Below the pieces are notes generated by a model. The model searched no databases. It was not told where the DNA came from and saw nothing but the letters and a program-made list of their open reading frames with translations. 24,000 nucleotides of DNA from Escherichia coli (GTDB lineage: Bacteria > Pseudomonadota > Gammaproteobacteria > Enterobacterales > Enterobacteriaceae): the NCBI RefSeq assembly GCF_003856635.1, contig NZ_CP023853.1; one strand, written 5' to 3'. The position numbers and the translations under genes were made by a program. Below are positions 1 through 8,640 of the stretch, piece after piece. Each line of letters opens with the position of its first letter. Within the stretch, counting starts at the first letter, position 1.

Positions 1-349
1 CCTCCGGCCGGAGAATCACTCTGCGGCAGCCGGAGCTCCTCTGATGCTGAGGCTGGCAGGATGTGGGGACGGTGGTGCACTTCTGCCCGGAAAACGGGGC
101 GTTGCGATGACAGTCTCCGGCTCACTGGTAACCGGTCACGGAACCGGAAGTGCTTTACTTCCTGACCGTAAGCTATCCGGCTGTGACCATCTTGTTATAC
201 ATGATGGTGATACCTTTTTACTGTGCCGGCCTGACCGGCGGCAGGAGGATATGCTGGCAGCCTGGAGGAAAAGGGCGGCACAGGAGGGTGAGTATTCTGA
301 TGCCAGGAGCAATCCGGCCATGCTGCGTCTGAGCATAAAATATGAGTAA
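1..349 (+). CDS. papJ: PapJ C-terminal part (P pilus assembly protein), 5' truncated by window edge
   Basis: Open frame continues upstream of the listed ATG at 44 (LRPENHSAAAGAPLMLRLAGCGDGG...). Ends RSNPAMLRLSIKYE, recognised as the PapJ C-terminus; lies directly upstream of papK. Confidence 0.88.
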   Translation, partial: LRPENHSAAAGAPLMLRLAGCGDGGALLPGKRGVAMTVSGSLVTGHGTGSALLPDRKLSGCDHLVIHDGDTFLLCRPDRRQEDMLAAWRKRAAQEGEYSDARSNPAMLRLSIKYE

Positions 350-355
350 GGGAAT

Positions 356-895
356 GTGATGATAAAAAGCACAGGCGCTCTTTTACTGTTTGCCGCACTG
401 TCTGCCGGACAGGCAATAGCCTCAGATGTGGCATTCAGGGGTAATCTGCTTGACAGACCCTGCCATGTGTCCGGTGACAGTCTGAATAAACATGTCGTCT
501 TCAAAACCCGGGCGTCCAGGGATTTCTGGTATCCGCCCGGACGTTCGCCGACAGAGTCGTTTGTCATCAGGCTGGAAAACTGCCATGCAACAGCAGTTGG
601 CAAAATTGTGACCCTGACCTTTAAGGGAACGGAAGAGGCGGCCCTCCCGGGCCATCTGAAGGTAACCGGAGTGAATGCCGGCCGGTTAGGCATTGCACTG
701 CTGGACACCGATGGCAGCAGTCTGCTGAAACCCGGCGCTTCCCATAACAAAGGCCAGGGGGAAAAGGTTACCGGAAACAGTCTTGAGCTTCCTTTCGGCG
801 CGTATGTTGTGGCAACGCCGGAAGCCCTGCGGACGAAGAGTGTGGTACCCGGTGATTATGAAGCAACAGCCACGTTTGAATTGACATATCGTTAG
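356..895 (+). CDS. papK: PapK minor fimbrial subunit/adaptor
   Basis: [41 protein letters not shown]... with signal peptide and C-terminal pilin motif ATFELTYR; pap gene order J-K-E-F-G. Start may be 359 or 362 rather than 356. Confidence 0.93.
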   Translation: MMIKSTGALLLFAALSAGQAIASDVAFRGNLLDRPCHVSGDSLNKHVVFKTRASRDFWYPPGRSPTESFVIRLENCHATAVGKIVTLTFKGTEEAALPGHLKVTGVNAGRLGIALLDTDGSSLLKPGASHNKGQGEKVTGNSLELPFGAYVVATPEALRTKSVVPGDYEATATFELTYR

Positions 896-924
896 CAAAA
901 TTTTTGTACAGGATATTTCAGATG

Positions 925-1449
925 AAAAAGATAAGAGGTTTGTGTCTTCCGGTAATACTGGGGGCAGTGTTAATGTCTCAGCATGCACATGCAGCTGATA
1001 ATCTGACCTTTAAAGGAAAACTGATTATTCCTGCCTGTACTGTACAAAATGCTGAAGTTAACTGGGGTGATATTGAAATTCAGAAGCTGGTACAGAGTGG
1101 CGGAAATCAGAAAGACTTTACTGTCCAGATGACATGTCCTTATCATTTGGGAACAATGAAGGTTACGATATCTACATCGGCAGCGACTTATAACAAGGGA
1201 ATTATAGTTAAGGGTACCTCATCCCGGACCGATGATGGATTGCTTATTTATCTGTACAATCGTCATCAAAATGGCAGTATCGGTGATGCTATAACTCTGG
1301 GGACACCATTCACACCAGAGCATGTCTCAGGTCAGGTTCCGGCCAGAAACATTTCTCTCTATGCAAAAATTGGATATAAAGGAGATATACAGAATTTGCG
1401 GGCGGGAACATTTTCTGCAACGGCAACGCTGGTTGCATCATATTCGTAA
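925..1449 (+). CDS. papE: PapE tip fibrillum subunit
   Basis: [46 protein letters not shown]...; the track ORF starts at 904, but the signal-peptide Met at 925 is the more natural start. Pilin fold with terminal Tyr motif and correct operon position. Confidence 0.93.
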   Translation, partial: KKIRGLCLPVILGAVLMSQHAHAADNLTFKGKLIIPACTVQNAEVNWGDIEIQKLVQSGGNQKDFTVQMTCPYHLGTMKVTISTSAATYNKGIIVKGTSSRTDDGLLIYLYNRHQNGSIGDAITLGTPFTPEHVSGQVPARNISLYAKIGYKGDIQNLRAGTFSATATLVASYS

Positions 1450-1523
1450 TGCTATCAGTTAAAATACGCCGATTTTATATCTCATAAAATAAAATATTTT
1501 CTGTACCGCTCTCCGGAGGGGGA

Positions 1524-2024
1524 ATGGCTCGTTTATCATTATTTATATCGTTGCTTCTGACATCGGTCGCTGTACTGGCTGATGTGCAGATTAACATCAG
1601 GGGAAATGTTTATATCCCCCCATGCACCATTAATAACGGGCAGAATATTGTTGTCGATTTTGGGAATATTAATCCTGAGCACGTGGACAACTCACGTGGT
1701 GAAATCACAAAAACCATAAGCATATCCTGTACGTATAAGAGTGGCTCACCCTGGATAAAGGTCACAGGTAATGCAATGGCTGGGCAGACTAATGTACTGG
1801 CAACAAATATAGCCAATTTTGGTATAGCGTTGTATCAGGGAAAAGGAATGTCAACACCTCTTACATTAGGTAATGGTTCAGGAAATGGTTACAGAGTGAC
1901 AGCAGGTCTGGACACAGCACGTTCAACGTTCACCTTTACTTCAGTGCCCTTTCGTAATGGCAGCAGGACACTGAATGGCGGGGATTTCCGGACCACGGCC
2001 AGTATGAGCATGATTTATAACTGA
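1524..2024 (+). CDS. papF: PapF minor pilin / adaptor
   Basis: MARLSLFISLLLTSVAVLADVQINIRGNVYIPPCTINNGQNIVVDFG..., preceded by ggagggggaatg RBS; pilin-like; between papE and papG. Confidence 0.93.
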   Translation: MARLSLFISLLLTSVAVLADVQINIRGNVYIPPCTINNGQNIVVDFGNINPEHVDNSRGEITKTISISCTYKSGSPWIKVTGNAMAGQTNVLATNIANFGIALYQGKGMSTPLTLGNGSGNGYRVTAGLDTARSTFTFTSVPFRNGSRTLNGGDFRTTASMSMIYN

Positions 2025-2067
2025 GTCATACCTAAATGAATAACTGTAATTACGGAAGTGATTTCTG

Positions 2068-3078
2068 ATGAAAAAATGGTTCCCAGCTTTGTTATTTTCC
2101 TTGTGTGTGTCTGGTGAGTCCTCTGCATGGAATAATATTGTCTTTTACTCCCTTGGAGACGTTAACTCTTATCAGGGAGGGAATGTGGTGATTACTCAAA
2201 GGCCACAATTTATAACTTCGTGGCGCCCGGGCATTGCTACGGTAACCTGGAATCAGTGTAATGGTCCTGAGTTCGCTGATGGCTCCTGGGCTTACTACAG
2301 GGAGTATATTGCGTGGGTAGTATTCCCCAAAAAGGTTATGACCAAAAATGGATATCCCTTATTTATTGAGGTTCATAATAAAGGTAGCTGGAGTGAGGAG
2401 AATACTGGTGACAATGACAGCTATTTTTTTCTCAAGGGGTATAAGTGGGATGAGCGGGCCTTTGATGCAGATAATTTGTGTCAGAAACCAGGAGAAACAA
2501 CTCGTCTGACTGAGAAATTTAACGATATTATTTTTAAAGTCGCCTTACCTGCAGATCTTCCTTTAGGGGATTATTCTGTTACAATTCCATACACTTCCGG
2601 CATACAGCGTCATTTCGCGAGTTACTTGGGGGCCCGTTTTAAAATCCCATACAATGTGGCCAAAACCCTCCCAAGAGAGAATGAAATGTTATTCTTATTT
2701 AAGAATATCGGCGGATGCCGTCCTTCTGCACAGTCTCTGGAAATAAAGCATGGTGATCTGTCTATTAATAGCGCTAATAATCATTATGCGGCTCAGACTC
2801 TTTCTGTGTCTTGCGATGTGCCTGCAAATATTCGTTTTATGCTGTTAAGAAATACAACTCCGACATACAGCCATGGTAAGAAATTTTCGGTTGGTCTGGG
2901 GCATGGCTGGGACTCCATTGTTTCAGTTAACGGGGTGGACACAGGAGAGACAACGATGAGATGGTACAAAGCAGGTACACAAAACCTGACCATCGGCAGT
3001 CGCCTCTATGGTGAATCTTCAAAGATACAACCAGGAGTACTATCTGGTTCAGCAACGCTGCTCATGATATTGCCATAA
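2068..3078 (+). CDS. papG: PapG P-fimbrial tip adhesin, class II (PapGII) allele type
   Basis: MKKWFPALLFSLCVSGESSAWNNIVFYSLGDVNSYQGGNVVITQRPQFITSWRPG..., recognised as the class II receptor-binding domain; pilin domain ends VLSGSATLLMILP. Confidence 0.93.
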   Translation: MKKWFPALLFSLCVSGESSAWNNIVFYSLGDVNSYQGGNVVITQRPQFITSWRPGIATVTWNQCNGPEFADGSWAYYREYIAWVVFPKKVMTKNGYPLFIEVHNKGSWSEENTGDNDSYFFLKGYKWDERAFDADNLCQKPGETTRLTEKFNDIIFKVALPADLPLGDYSVTIPYTSGIQRHFASYLGARFKIPYNVAKTLPRENEMLFLFKNIGGCRPSAQSLEIKHGDLSINSANNHYAAQTLSVSCDVPANIRFMLLRNTTPTYSHGKKFSVGLGHGWDSIVSVNGVDTGETTMRWYKAGTQNLTIGSRLYGESSKIQPGVLSGSATLLMILP

Positions 3079-3438
3079 ATGGTTTATCCGGAGCCGGATA
3101 GAGTGTTGTAGATATCTGGGATGCCCCGGGAAGTCACCTTTCAGCCACTTCATTTATGGATTATACGCGGCCTGCACTGAGTTACGTCCATGTAGCTCAT
3201 CTGACGTTCAGCCGCTTTATCTCGTGCTGTTCTGGTCTCAATACTTCCATGCCGTTGCAATTACCTCTTAAACCATTCCTTATCATTTTCATGTCTTCGA
3301 TAAGAAATCTTCATCATTCATGATCGATTTTGTCGATCGATTCGATCGAATTTTCTCTTTTTACCTTGTCTTTTGCATGGTTTTAAAATGAGCAACCTTC
3401 TTTATCGGGTGGGGTAAGAACCAACGGAGATGATTGAA

Positions 3439-4176
3439 ATGAAAAAGGTTATTGCTGTTTCAACACTTGCAATGGCAGGCATGTTTTCGGCCCAGACTCT
3501 GGCTGATGAGAACAAAACTGGCTTTTATGTGACCGGTAAAGCCGGTGTTTCTGTTATGTCACTTTCAGAGCAACGTTTCGTTGATGGTGAAGGGGCATGG
3601 GCGGATAAATACAAAGGCAGTGACAAAAGTGATACGGTTTTTGGCGCAGGCCTTGCGGTGGGATACGATTTTTATCAGCACTACAATGTGCCGGTGCGTA
3701 CTGAAGTGGAGTTTTATGGCCGCGGTAACGCTGAATCAAAATATCGTCTGAGTTATTGGGAAAGTGCCGGTGGTGCCGAGTTTGATGATGCACAGAACAA
3801 GCTCAGTGTAAACACGCTGATGCTGAATGCGTATTATGATTTCAGAAACAGCAGTGCATTCACACCATGGATATCTGCTGGTCTGGGTTATGCACGGGTT
3901 CATCATAAAACTTCGTACATATATACCGATAACAGCCCGGCAGGCAGTGAAGTTTATTCAGCTTCAGCGTCAAAATACGAAAACAACCTGGCATGGAGCC
4001 TGGGTGCCGGTGTTAAATACGATGTGACGCAGGATTTCAGCCTTGACCTCAGCTACCGGTATCTGGATGCAGGGGATTCCACTCTGACTTATAAAGATGA
4101 GGATGGTGCTAAATATAAATCCTCTGTTGATGTCAGAAGTAACGAGTTTATGTTAGGTGCAACATATAACTTCTGA
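3439..4176 (+). CDS. Heat-resistant agglutinin (Hra/Hek/Tia)-like outer membrane beta-barrel adhesin
   Basis: MKKVIAVSTLAMAGMFSAQTLADENKTGFYVTGKAGVSVMSLSEQRF... FMLGATYNF; Opa-like 8-strand barrel pattern with terminal aromatic residue; hra genes are known pap neighbours in ExPEC islands. Alternative Met at 3430. Confidence 0.85.
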   Translation: MKKVIAVSTLAMAGMFSAQTLADENKTGFYVTGKAGVSVMSLSEQRFVDGEGAWADKYKGSDKSDTVFGAGLAVGYDFYQHYNVPVRTEVEFYGRGNAESKYRLSYWESAGGAEFDDAQNKLSVNTLMLNAYYDFRNSSAFTPWISAGLGYARVHHKTSYIYTDNSPAGSEVYSASASKYENNLAWSLGAGVKYDVTQDFSLDLSYRYLDAGDSTLTYKDEDGAKYKSSVDVRSNEFMLGATYNF

Positions 4177-4595
4177 CAGCCATTTCTGCCTGCGCTTTGG
4201 AGCACAGTAAAGTGCAGGTATGACAAATCAATAACAGATATCCTGATGATATTCTCCCTCTGGCAACTAATAATTTCAGATGAATGAAATATAAATAGAG
4301 CAAAAATATTACTTTCGTTGATTTTTTACAGGGGGCAGGGTAGCGCGCAGTATGGTTGTCAGTCTGTTAAATGAAAAAGGACTGTTGTTGGGATACGTTG
4401 TTTTTTGCCATATCAGCCCTTCCGGAAATAATAAACCGTATTACGAAGGAGGCCCCGGACATCTGGTTTAAAGTTTGAACATAATCAAATAAAAATCTGT
4501 TGCCGGAAGGCGTAGTTTTGTGGAACTGACAAATGATGTCAGGGGTATTTATATAATTCACTTACACAAGAGTAATACTACAGGTGCAGTGATTT

Positions 4596-5492
4596 ATGGC
4601 TGACTCAACGAGAAATCGCTCAGCGGAGCGTTTGATTGATATCCTTGTTGAATTACAGAATTATGGCGTGGTCAGTCGCCATAATTTGATGAAAAAATAC
4701 AACATCACTGAGCGAACAGCATATCGTGATCTGAACATGCTTTCTCCCTTTATTGAAGCCTGTGGTGATGGAAAATACCGGCTTATTTCAGCAAGAACAG
4801 ATAACCAGAACAAAGAATCACTGCACAAATCTCTGGCCAGGTTACTGGATACTGATGCGATTTTTCCTGAAAGGGATGAAAATTTCTGGCAGAAATTAGA
4901 AAACAGGGCAACCGAAGAGCATATTCGTGTTCAGTTTCATAACCCTGAGCACACCATCAGGGATGATTTAAGGAAATATCTTGGTGTTCTTGAAAAAGCG
5001 ATCCGCAACAGTAATGTTTGTCAGATTACATATGCCGGTAAGACCAGAATCGTTCATCCTTATAAATTAACTAATCAGAGAAGTATATGGTATTTGCTGG
5101 CTACTGAAAAGAACAAGTTAAAGTCGTTTTCATTAGCTAAAATAAAATGGCTGGATATAAAAAAAGAAAAGTTTGCAAAGAGTGAGAAAATACAGTCACT
5201 GATAAGTGAGTCATGTGACCCGTGGGTGAGCGACAAAACATTTGATGTAGTGTTGTTCATTCACAGTAATATCGCCCATTATTTTTTGCGACGGGATTTA
5301 CTTCCTTACCAGCAATTGCTACACAAACATGACAATGGCATTACGCTGTCATGCAAGGCTGCACATAAAAATCAAATTATCCCGTTGATTTTATACTGGC
5401 TACCGAATGTTGAAATTATTGAACCAGTATGGCTGAAAGAAGCCGTGTTAACAATGTTAGGAAAATACCTTACTGCTGGGAATGTTTCCTGA
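4596..5492 (+). CDS. Helix-turn-helix transcriptional regulator with WYL-like domain (YafY/DeoR-like architecture)
   Basis: N-terminal HTH SAERLIDILVELQNYGVVSRHNLMKKYNITERTAYRDLNMLSPFIE; central ITYAGKTRIVHPYKLTNQRSIWYLLATEKNKLKSFSLAKIKWLDI is WYL-domain-like. Confidence 0.82.
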   Translation: MADSTRNRSAERLIDILVELQNYGVVSRHNLMKKYNITERTAYRDLNMLSPFIEACGDGKYRLISARTDNQNKESLHKSLARLLDTDAIFPERDENFWQKLENRATEEHIRVQFHNPEHTIRDDLRKYLGVLEKAIRNSNVCQITYAGKTRIVHPYKLTNQRSIWYLLATEKNKLKSFSLAKIKWLDIKKEKFAKSEKIQSLISESCDPWVSDKTFDVVLFIHSNIAHYFLRRDLLPYQQLLHKHDNGITLSCKAAHKNQIIPLILYWLPNVEIIEPVWLKEAVLTMLGKYLTAGNVS

Positions 5493-5540
5493 AATATTTC
5501 AGTTGACTGATGATAAAGCAATCTGTACAGGAGGAAAAGA

Positions 5541-6620
5541 ATGGCGTTACCTTTTATTATTTTGGGTGTGGCTGCCGGCGCTGCGGCATTCGGCGGAAAA
5601 AAAGCTTACGATGGATATCAAAAAAAGTCAGAAGCAGAGGATATCCTCGAAAAAGCAAAAGAGCGTTACGAGGAGCATAAAGGAAAATTTGAGCAGGCTG
5701 AAGCTCAGACATCATCAAAATTAACAACGCTCGGAAATAAAGAGCTTGAGATTGGTAAAGATTTCAGTGAGTTCGACAGGATTGCTGCTGAGCTCCTGGC
5801 GCGTCTGGAAAAAGAGGGCAATAAAGACCTGAAACTGAGTGTCCCGCAACATAACATCAATAAGATTCATAACCTGGCCATTTCAGCAACAGAATATCTC
5901 AGTACGGTCGTTGCTGCCGGAGTTTCCGGGGCTGCTGCGGGTTTTGCTGTGTATAGCGGAGTGATGGCATTTGCTGCGGCTTCCACAGGTACACCCATTG
6001 CAGCGCTTTCTGGGGCCGCGGCTTATAACGCGACGATGGCGGCAATTGGTGGGGGCTCACTGGCTGCAGGGGGCATGGGAATGGCTGGTGGCGCAATGGT
6101 ATTAGGCACTGCAGTGGCTGCACCGTTGATTGCCATTGCGGGCTGGGCTTACGACAGACATGCGACGAAAGCTCTTGAAAATGCCCATCAGTGTGCCTGC
6201 AATGTTGAACGGGCAGTTAAGAAAATGAATCTGGCCCGGGAGCATTTTGCAAAAGTTAATCAATACGTTGATGAAATTCTCGCTGCACTGAACAGAATGC
6301 ATGCTGTATTTATTAAACACTATTTTGAGCCACTTAAATCCATGCATTCTGTTATTACAACACAACAGGATATCAGTGTATCAGATGATGTCATTGTGCT
6401 TATTGACCATGGATATTCACTGGCCGCTATTATGACGGATATTATTACAACGCCACTGTTTAAACCGCGGAAACAGGAAAATGGTGAGGCAGTGATAAAA
6501 GATAACGTTATTGAAATGGAAACGGATGATAATGGAATGAACGTTATTAATAAGGATGAGCTGGATGATGTATTGGCCAGTTCGGTTGTGAAATTTGATT
6601 ATTTTTCATCCCAGAGTTAA
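5541..6620 (+). CDS. Hypothetical membrane-associated protein: N-terminal hydrophobic segment, coiled coil, Gly/Ala-rich hydrophobic helices, second helical region, acidic C-terminus
   Basis: RBS aggaggaaaaga before ATG at 5541. MALPFIILGVAAGAAAFGGKKAYDG..., central FAVYSGVMAFAAASTGTPIAALSGAAAYNATMAAIGGGSLAAGGMGMAGGAMVLGTAVAAPLIAIAGWAYD. No confident family assignment. Confidence 0.8.
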   Translation: MALPFIILGVAAGAAAFGGKKAYDGYQKKSEAEDILEKAKERYEEHKGKFEQAEAQTSSKLTTLGNKELEIGKDFSEFDRIAAELLARLEKEGNKDLKLSVPQHNINKIHNLAISATEYLSTVVAAGVSGAAAGFAVYSGVMAFAAASTGTPIAALSGAAAYNATMAAIGGGSLAAGGMGMAGGAMVLGTAVAAPLIAIAGWAYDRHATKALENAHQCACNVERAVKKMNLAREHFAKVNQYVDEILAALNRMHAVFIKHYFEPLKSMHSVITTQQDISVSDDVIVLIDHGYSLAAIMTDIITTPLFKPRKQENGEAVIKDNVIEMETDDNGMNVINKDELDDVLASSVVKFDYFSSQS

Positions 6621-6666
6621 TGATTTACCGGGCGTTAAAGCCCGGCTTTACAAGAAGTGAAATAAC

Positions 6667-8238
6667 ATGAATGTGGAAAAATTTGACTGGACAGAAGAGT
6701 TACATCAGACCATGGTGAAGAGCCTGGCTACATCATTCGGGCTGGATTTTCTGTTGTTAAATGATCGTAAGGGGGGGGATGTTGACACTATCCATAATGT
6801 GCGTAATGGCATTTATGCCACGGAGGCTGAGCGACAGCGGTATGAAGGTCGTGGCGACTATGATTCTCATCATTACCACAGCCATGAAAACTACATCGCG
6901 ACGAACCGGAAAGGAAAGCGTGCACATCAGGCAGGGACTCTTACTGATGCATATACAGGCGAAGTGTTTGCTTCAGACGATAAAAAAAATCTGGATCATA
7001 TTATTTCCGCTAAAGAAATTCATGATGATCCGGGGAGGATTCTTGCTGAACGGGATGGCGCAGAACTGGCAAATGATGCTTCAAATCTGGCATTCACTCA
7101 TGAATCGCTCAATAAATCAAAGAAAGCAGATTCAATGGATGCGTTTATTTGCACACTGCAGAAAAACAGAGAAGATACGTTAAGGCAGATAGCAGAGCTT
7201 GAATCTCAGGCAACGCTGACAGAAAAGGAAAAGAAACGTCTGATAAGTCTGAGAAAAAAAGCTGATGCAGATACTGAGCGTATGGAAAGGGCTGATAAAT
7301 ATGCCCGGGAAAAATATGAGGCCACGATTAATCAGAGCTATTACCTGAGTAGTAAGTTTGCTACTGCTGTCGCCAGTGCTTCACTTAATTCTGGTTTTCG
7401 TATGGGGACGCGACAGATGCTGGGGCTTATTCTTGCCGAGATCTGGTTCGAACTGAGGGAACGAATCCCGCATATTATCAGGCAGCAACGGAACTCATTC
7501 AGCGCCGGCAAATGCCTGTCCGAAATAACGTCAGCATTACGTGTCTGCCAGAAACGAGTACAGGAAAAATTCAGTTCTTTTTTAATTGCCTTTAAAGATG
7601 GAGTCATCGGAGGGATACTGTCAGGTATTACCACAACGCTGTTAAATATATTCCTGACAACGGAAAAAATGATTGTCCGGCTTATCAGGGAAATGTGGAA
7701 CAATCTCGTTCAGGCCTTTAAAATCTTGGTGTTTAACCCGGAGGGATTATCGCCGGGGCAGTTAGCCAAAGCGGTCACTAAACTGATAGCAGCAGGTGTG
7801 GCTGTTGCCGGAGGGGTGATGATAAATGAGGCGATGGCGCAGCTCCTTATTTTTCCATTTGGTTCAGAGCTTGCTGCCTTTTGTGGTGCGCTGACGACAG
7901 GTATTCTCGGGCTGGTGATGAATTATTATCTCGAATACAGCGAGGTTATGCAGCGGGTGTGGGCATTTCTGGACAAATTTAAGGATAAGTTCCGGCGGTC
8001 ACTGGAATACTTTCAGGCAGTCAATGCTGAACTTGATCGCTATCTTGTAGAACTTACTGCGCTGGAATTTTCTGTTGATGCTGCCGCGTTAAATCACTTT
8101 TCGCTTCATCTGGATAGCGTAAACAGTGAGATAGAGCGCGGACTTCTGCTGAGAGAGGAAGTCAGCCGACGAGGGATTGCGTTGCCGTTTGAGTCAGGAA
8201 ATGTGGCTTCTGTTCGCGACTGGTTAAATAAGCGATGA
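6667..8238 (+). CDS. Hypothetical protein with HNH-nuclease-like N-terminal region, central coiled coil and C-terminal hydrophobic segments
   Basis: HNH-like pattern GTLTDAYTGEVFASDDKKNLDHIISAKEIHDD...LANDASNLAFTHESLNKSKK (DH ... N ... N-x-x-K); later hydrophobic stretches GVIGGILSGITTTLLNIFL and AVTKLIAAGVAVAGGVMINEAMAQLLIFPFGSELAAFCGALTTGILGLVMNYYLEY. Confidence 0.8.
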   Translation: MNVEKFDWTEELHQTMVKSLATSFGLDFLLLNDRKGGDVDTIHNVRNGIYATEAERQRYEGRGDYDSHHYHSHENYIATNRKGKRAHQAGTLTDAYTGEVFASDDKKNLDHIISAKEIHDDPGRILAERDGAELANDASNLAFTHESLNKSKKADSMDAFICTLQKNREDTLRQIAELESQATLTEKEKKRLISLRKKADADTERMERADKYAREKYEATINQSYYLSSKFATAVASASLNSGFRMGTRQMLGLILAEIWFELRERIPHIIRQQRNSFSAGKCLSEITSALRVCQKRVQEKFSSFLIAFKDGVIGGILSGITTTLLNIFLTTEKMIVRLIREMWNNLVQAFKILVFNPEGLSPGQLAKAVTKLIAAGVAVAGGVMINEAMAQLLIFPFGSELAAFCGALTTGILGLVMNYYLEYSEVMQRVWAFLDKFKDKFRRSLEYFQAVNAELDRYLVELTALEFSVDAAALNHFSLHLDSVNSEIERGLLLREEVSRRGIALPFESGNVASVRDWLNKR

Positions 8239-8501
8239 AATTACACCCTCCATTTCCCTGTAACCAGTGTGGGGCCTGTTGTCGTCATGTCAACAGGGCT
8301 GGTGAAACGCAATGTCTGGATCGTGGTGACGGTATTTGCCGTCACTATCAGACTGATTCTCATCTGTGTGCAATTTATGATAAACGCCCACAGATTTGCC
8401 GGGTTGAAGACCAGTATTTACTGAATTATCAGTCTCAGTACAGCTGGCAGGAGTTTATTGCATTAAACCAGGCCGCCTGCCTTATTCTGAATAAACTGTA
8501 A
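8235..8501 (+). CDS. YkgJ-like cysteine-cluster protein (putative metal binding)
   Basis: MKLHPPFPCNQCGACCRHVNRAGETQCLDRGDGICRHYQTDSHLCAIYDKRPQICRVEDQY: CxxCGxCC plus CxxY/xxRPxxCR pattern of the YkgJ/CxxCxxCC family. Start ATG overlaps preceding stop (atga). Confidence 0.85.
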   Translation: MKLHPPFPCNQCGACCRHVNRAGETQCLDRGDGICRHYQTDSHLCAIYDKRPQICRVEDQYLLNYQSQYSWQEFIALNQAACLILNKL

Positions 8502-8640
8502 TACCATTAATGGCTGCGTCAGTACAGAAACTGAGAGAACATAAAGCAGTAAAATGTCATACCGTTCAGCAGCCAGCGTTGCCTTCCCCGGTTGCTGTTA
8601 TTGTAAGGCATTTTCGTTAAGAATGCAGAAGGAGAGGAGC

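Noticed and set aside
136-750. 204-aa minus-strand ORF opposite papJ/papK
   Set aside because: Antisense shadow of well-recognised pap genes, composition artefact, no RBS or domain signal.
3079-3320. Possible IS remnant downstream of papG
   Set aside because: Non-coding and patchy, but I could not match it to a specific IS or find terminal repeats, so not called.
5482-5724. 80-aa + strand ORF spanning the WYL gene end and next gene start
   Set aside because: Out-of-frame overlap with the better supported 5541 gene that has its own strong RBS.
6761-7183. 140-aa + strand ORF nested in the HNH-like gene
   Set aside because: Overlaps a longer ORF with clear domain features and operon context; Arg/Met/Ile-rich out-of-frame translation.
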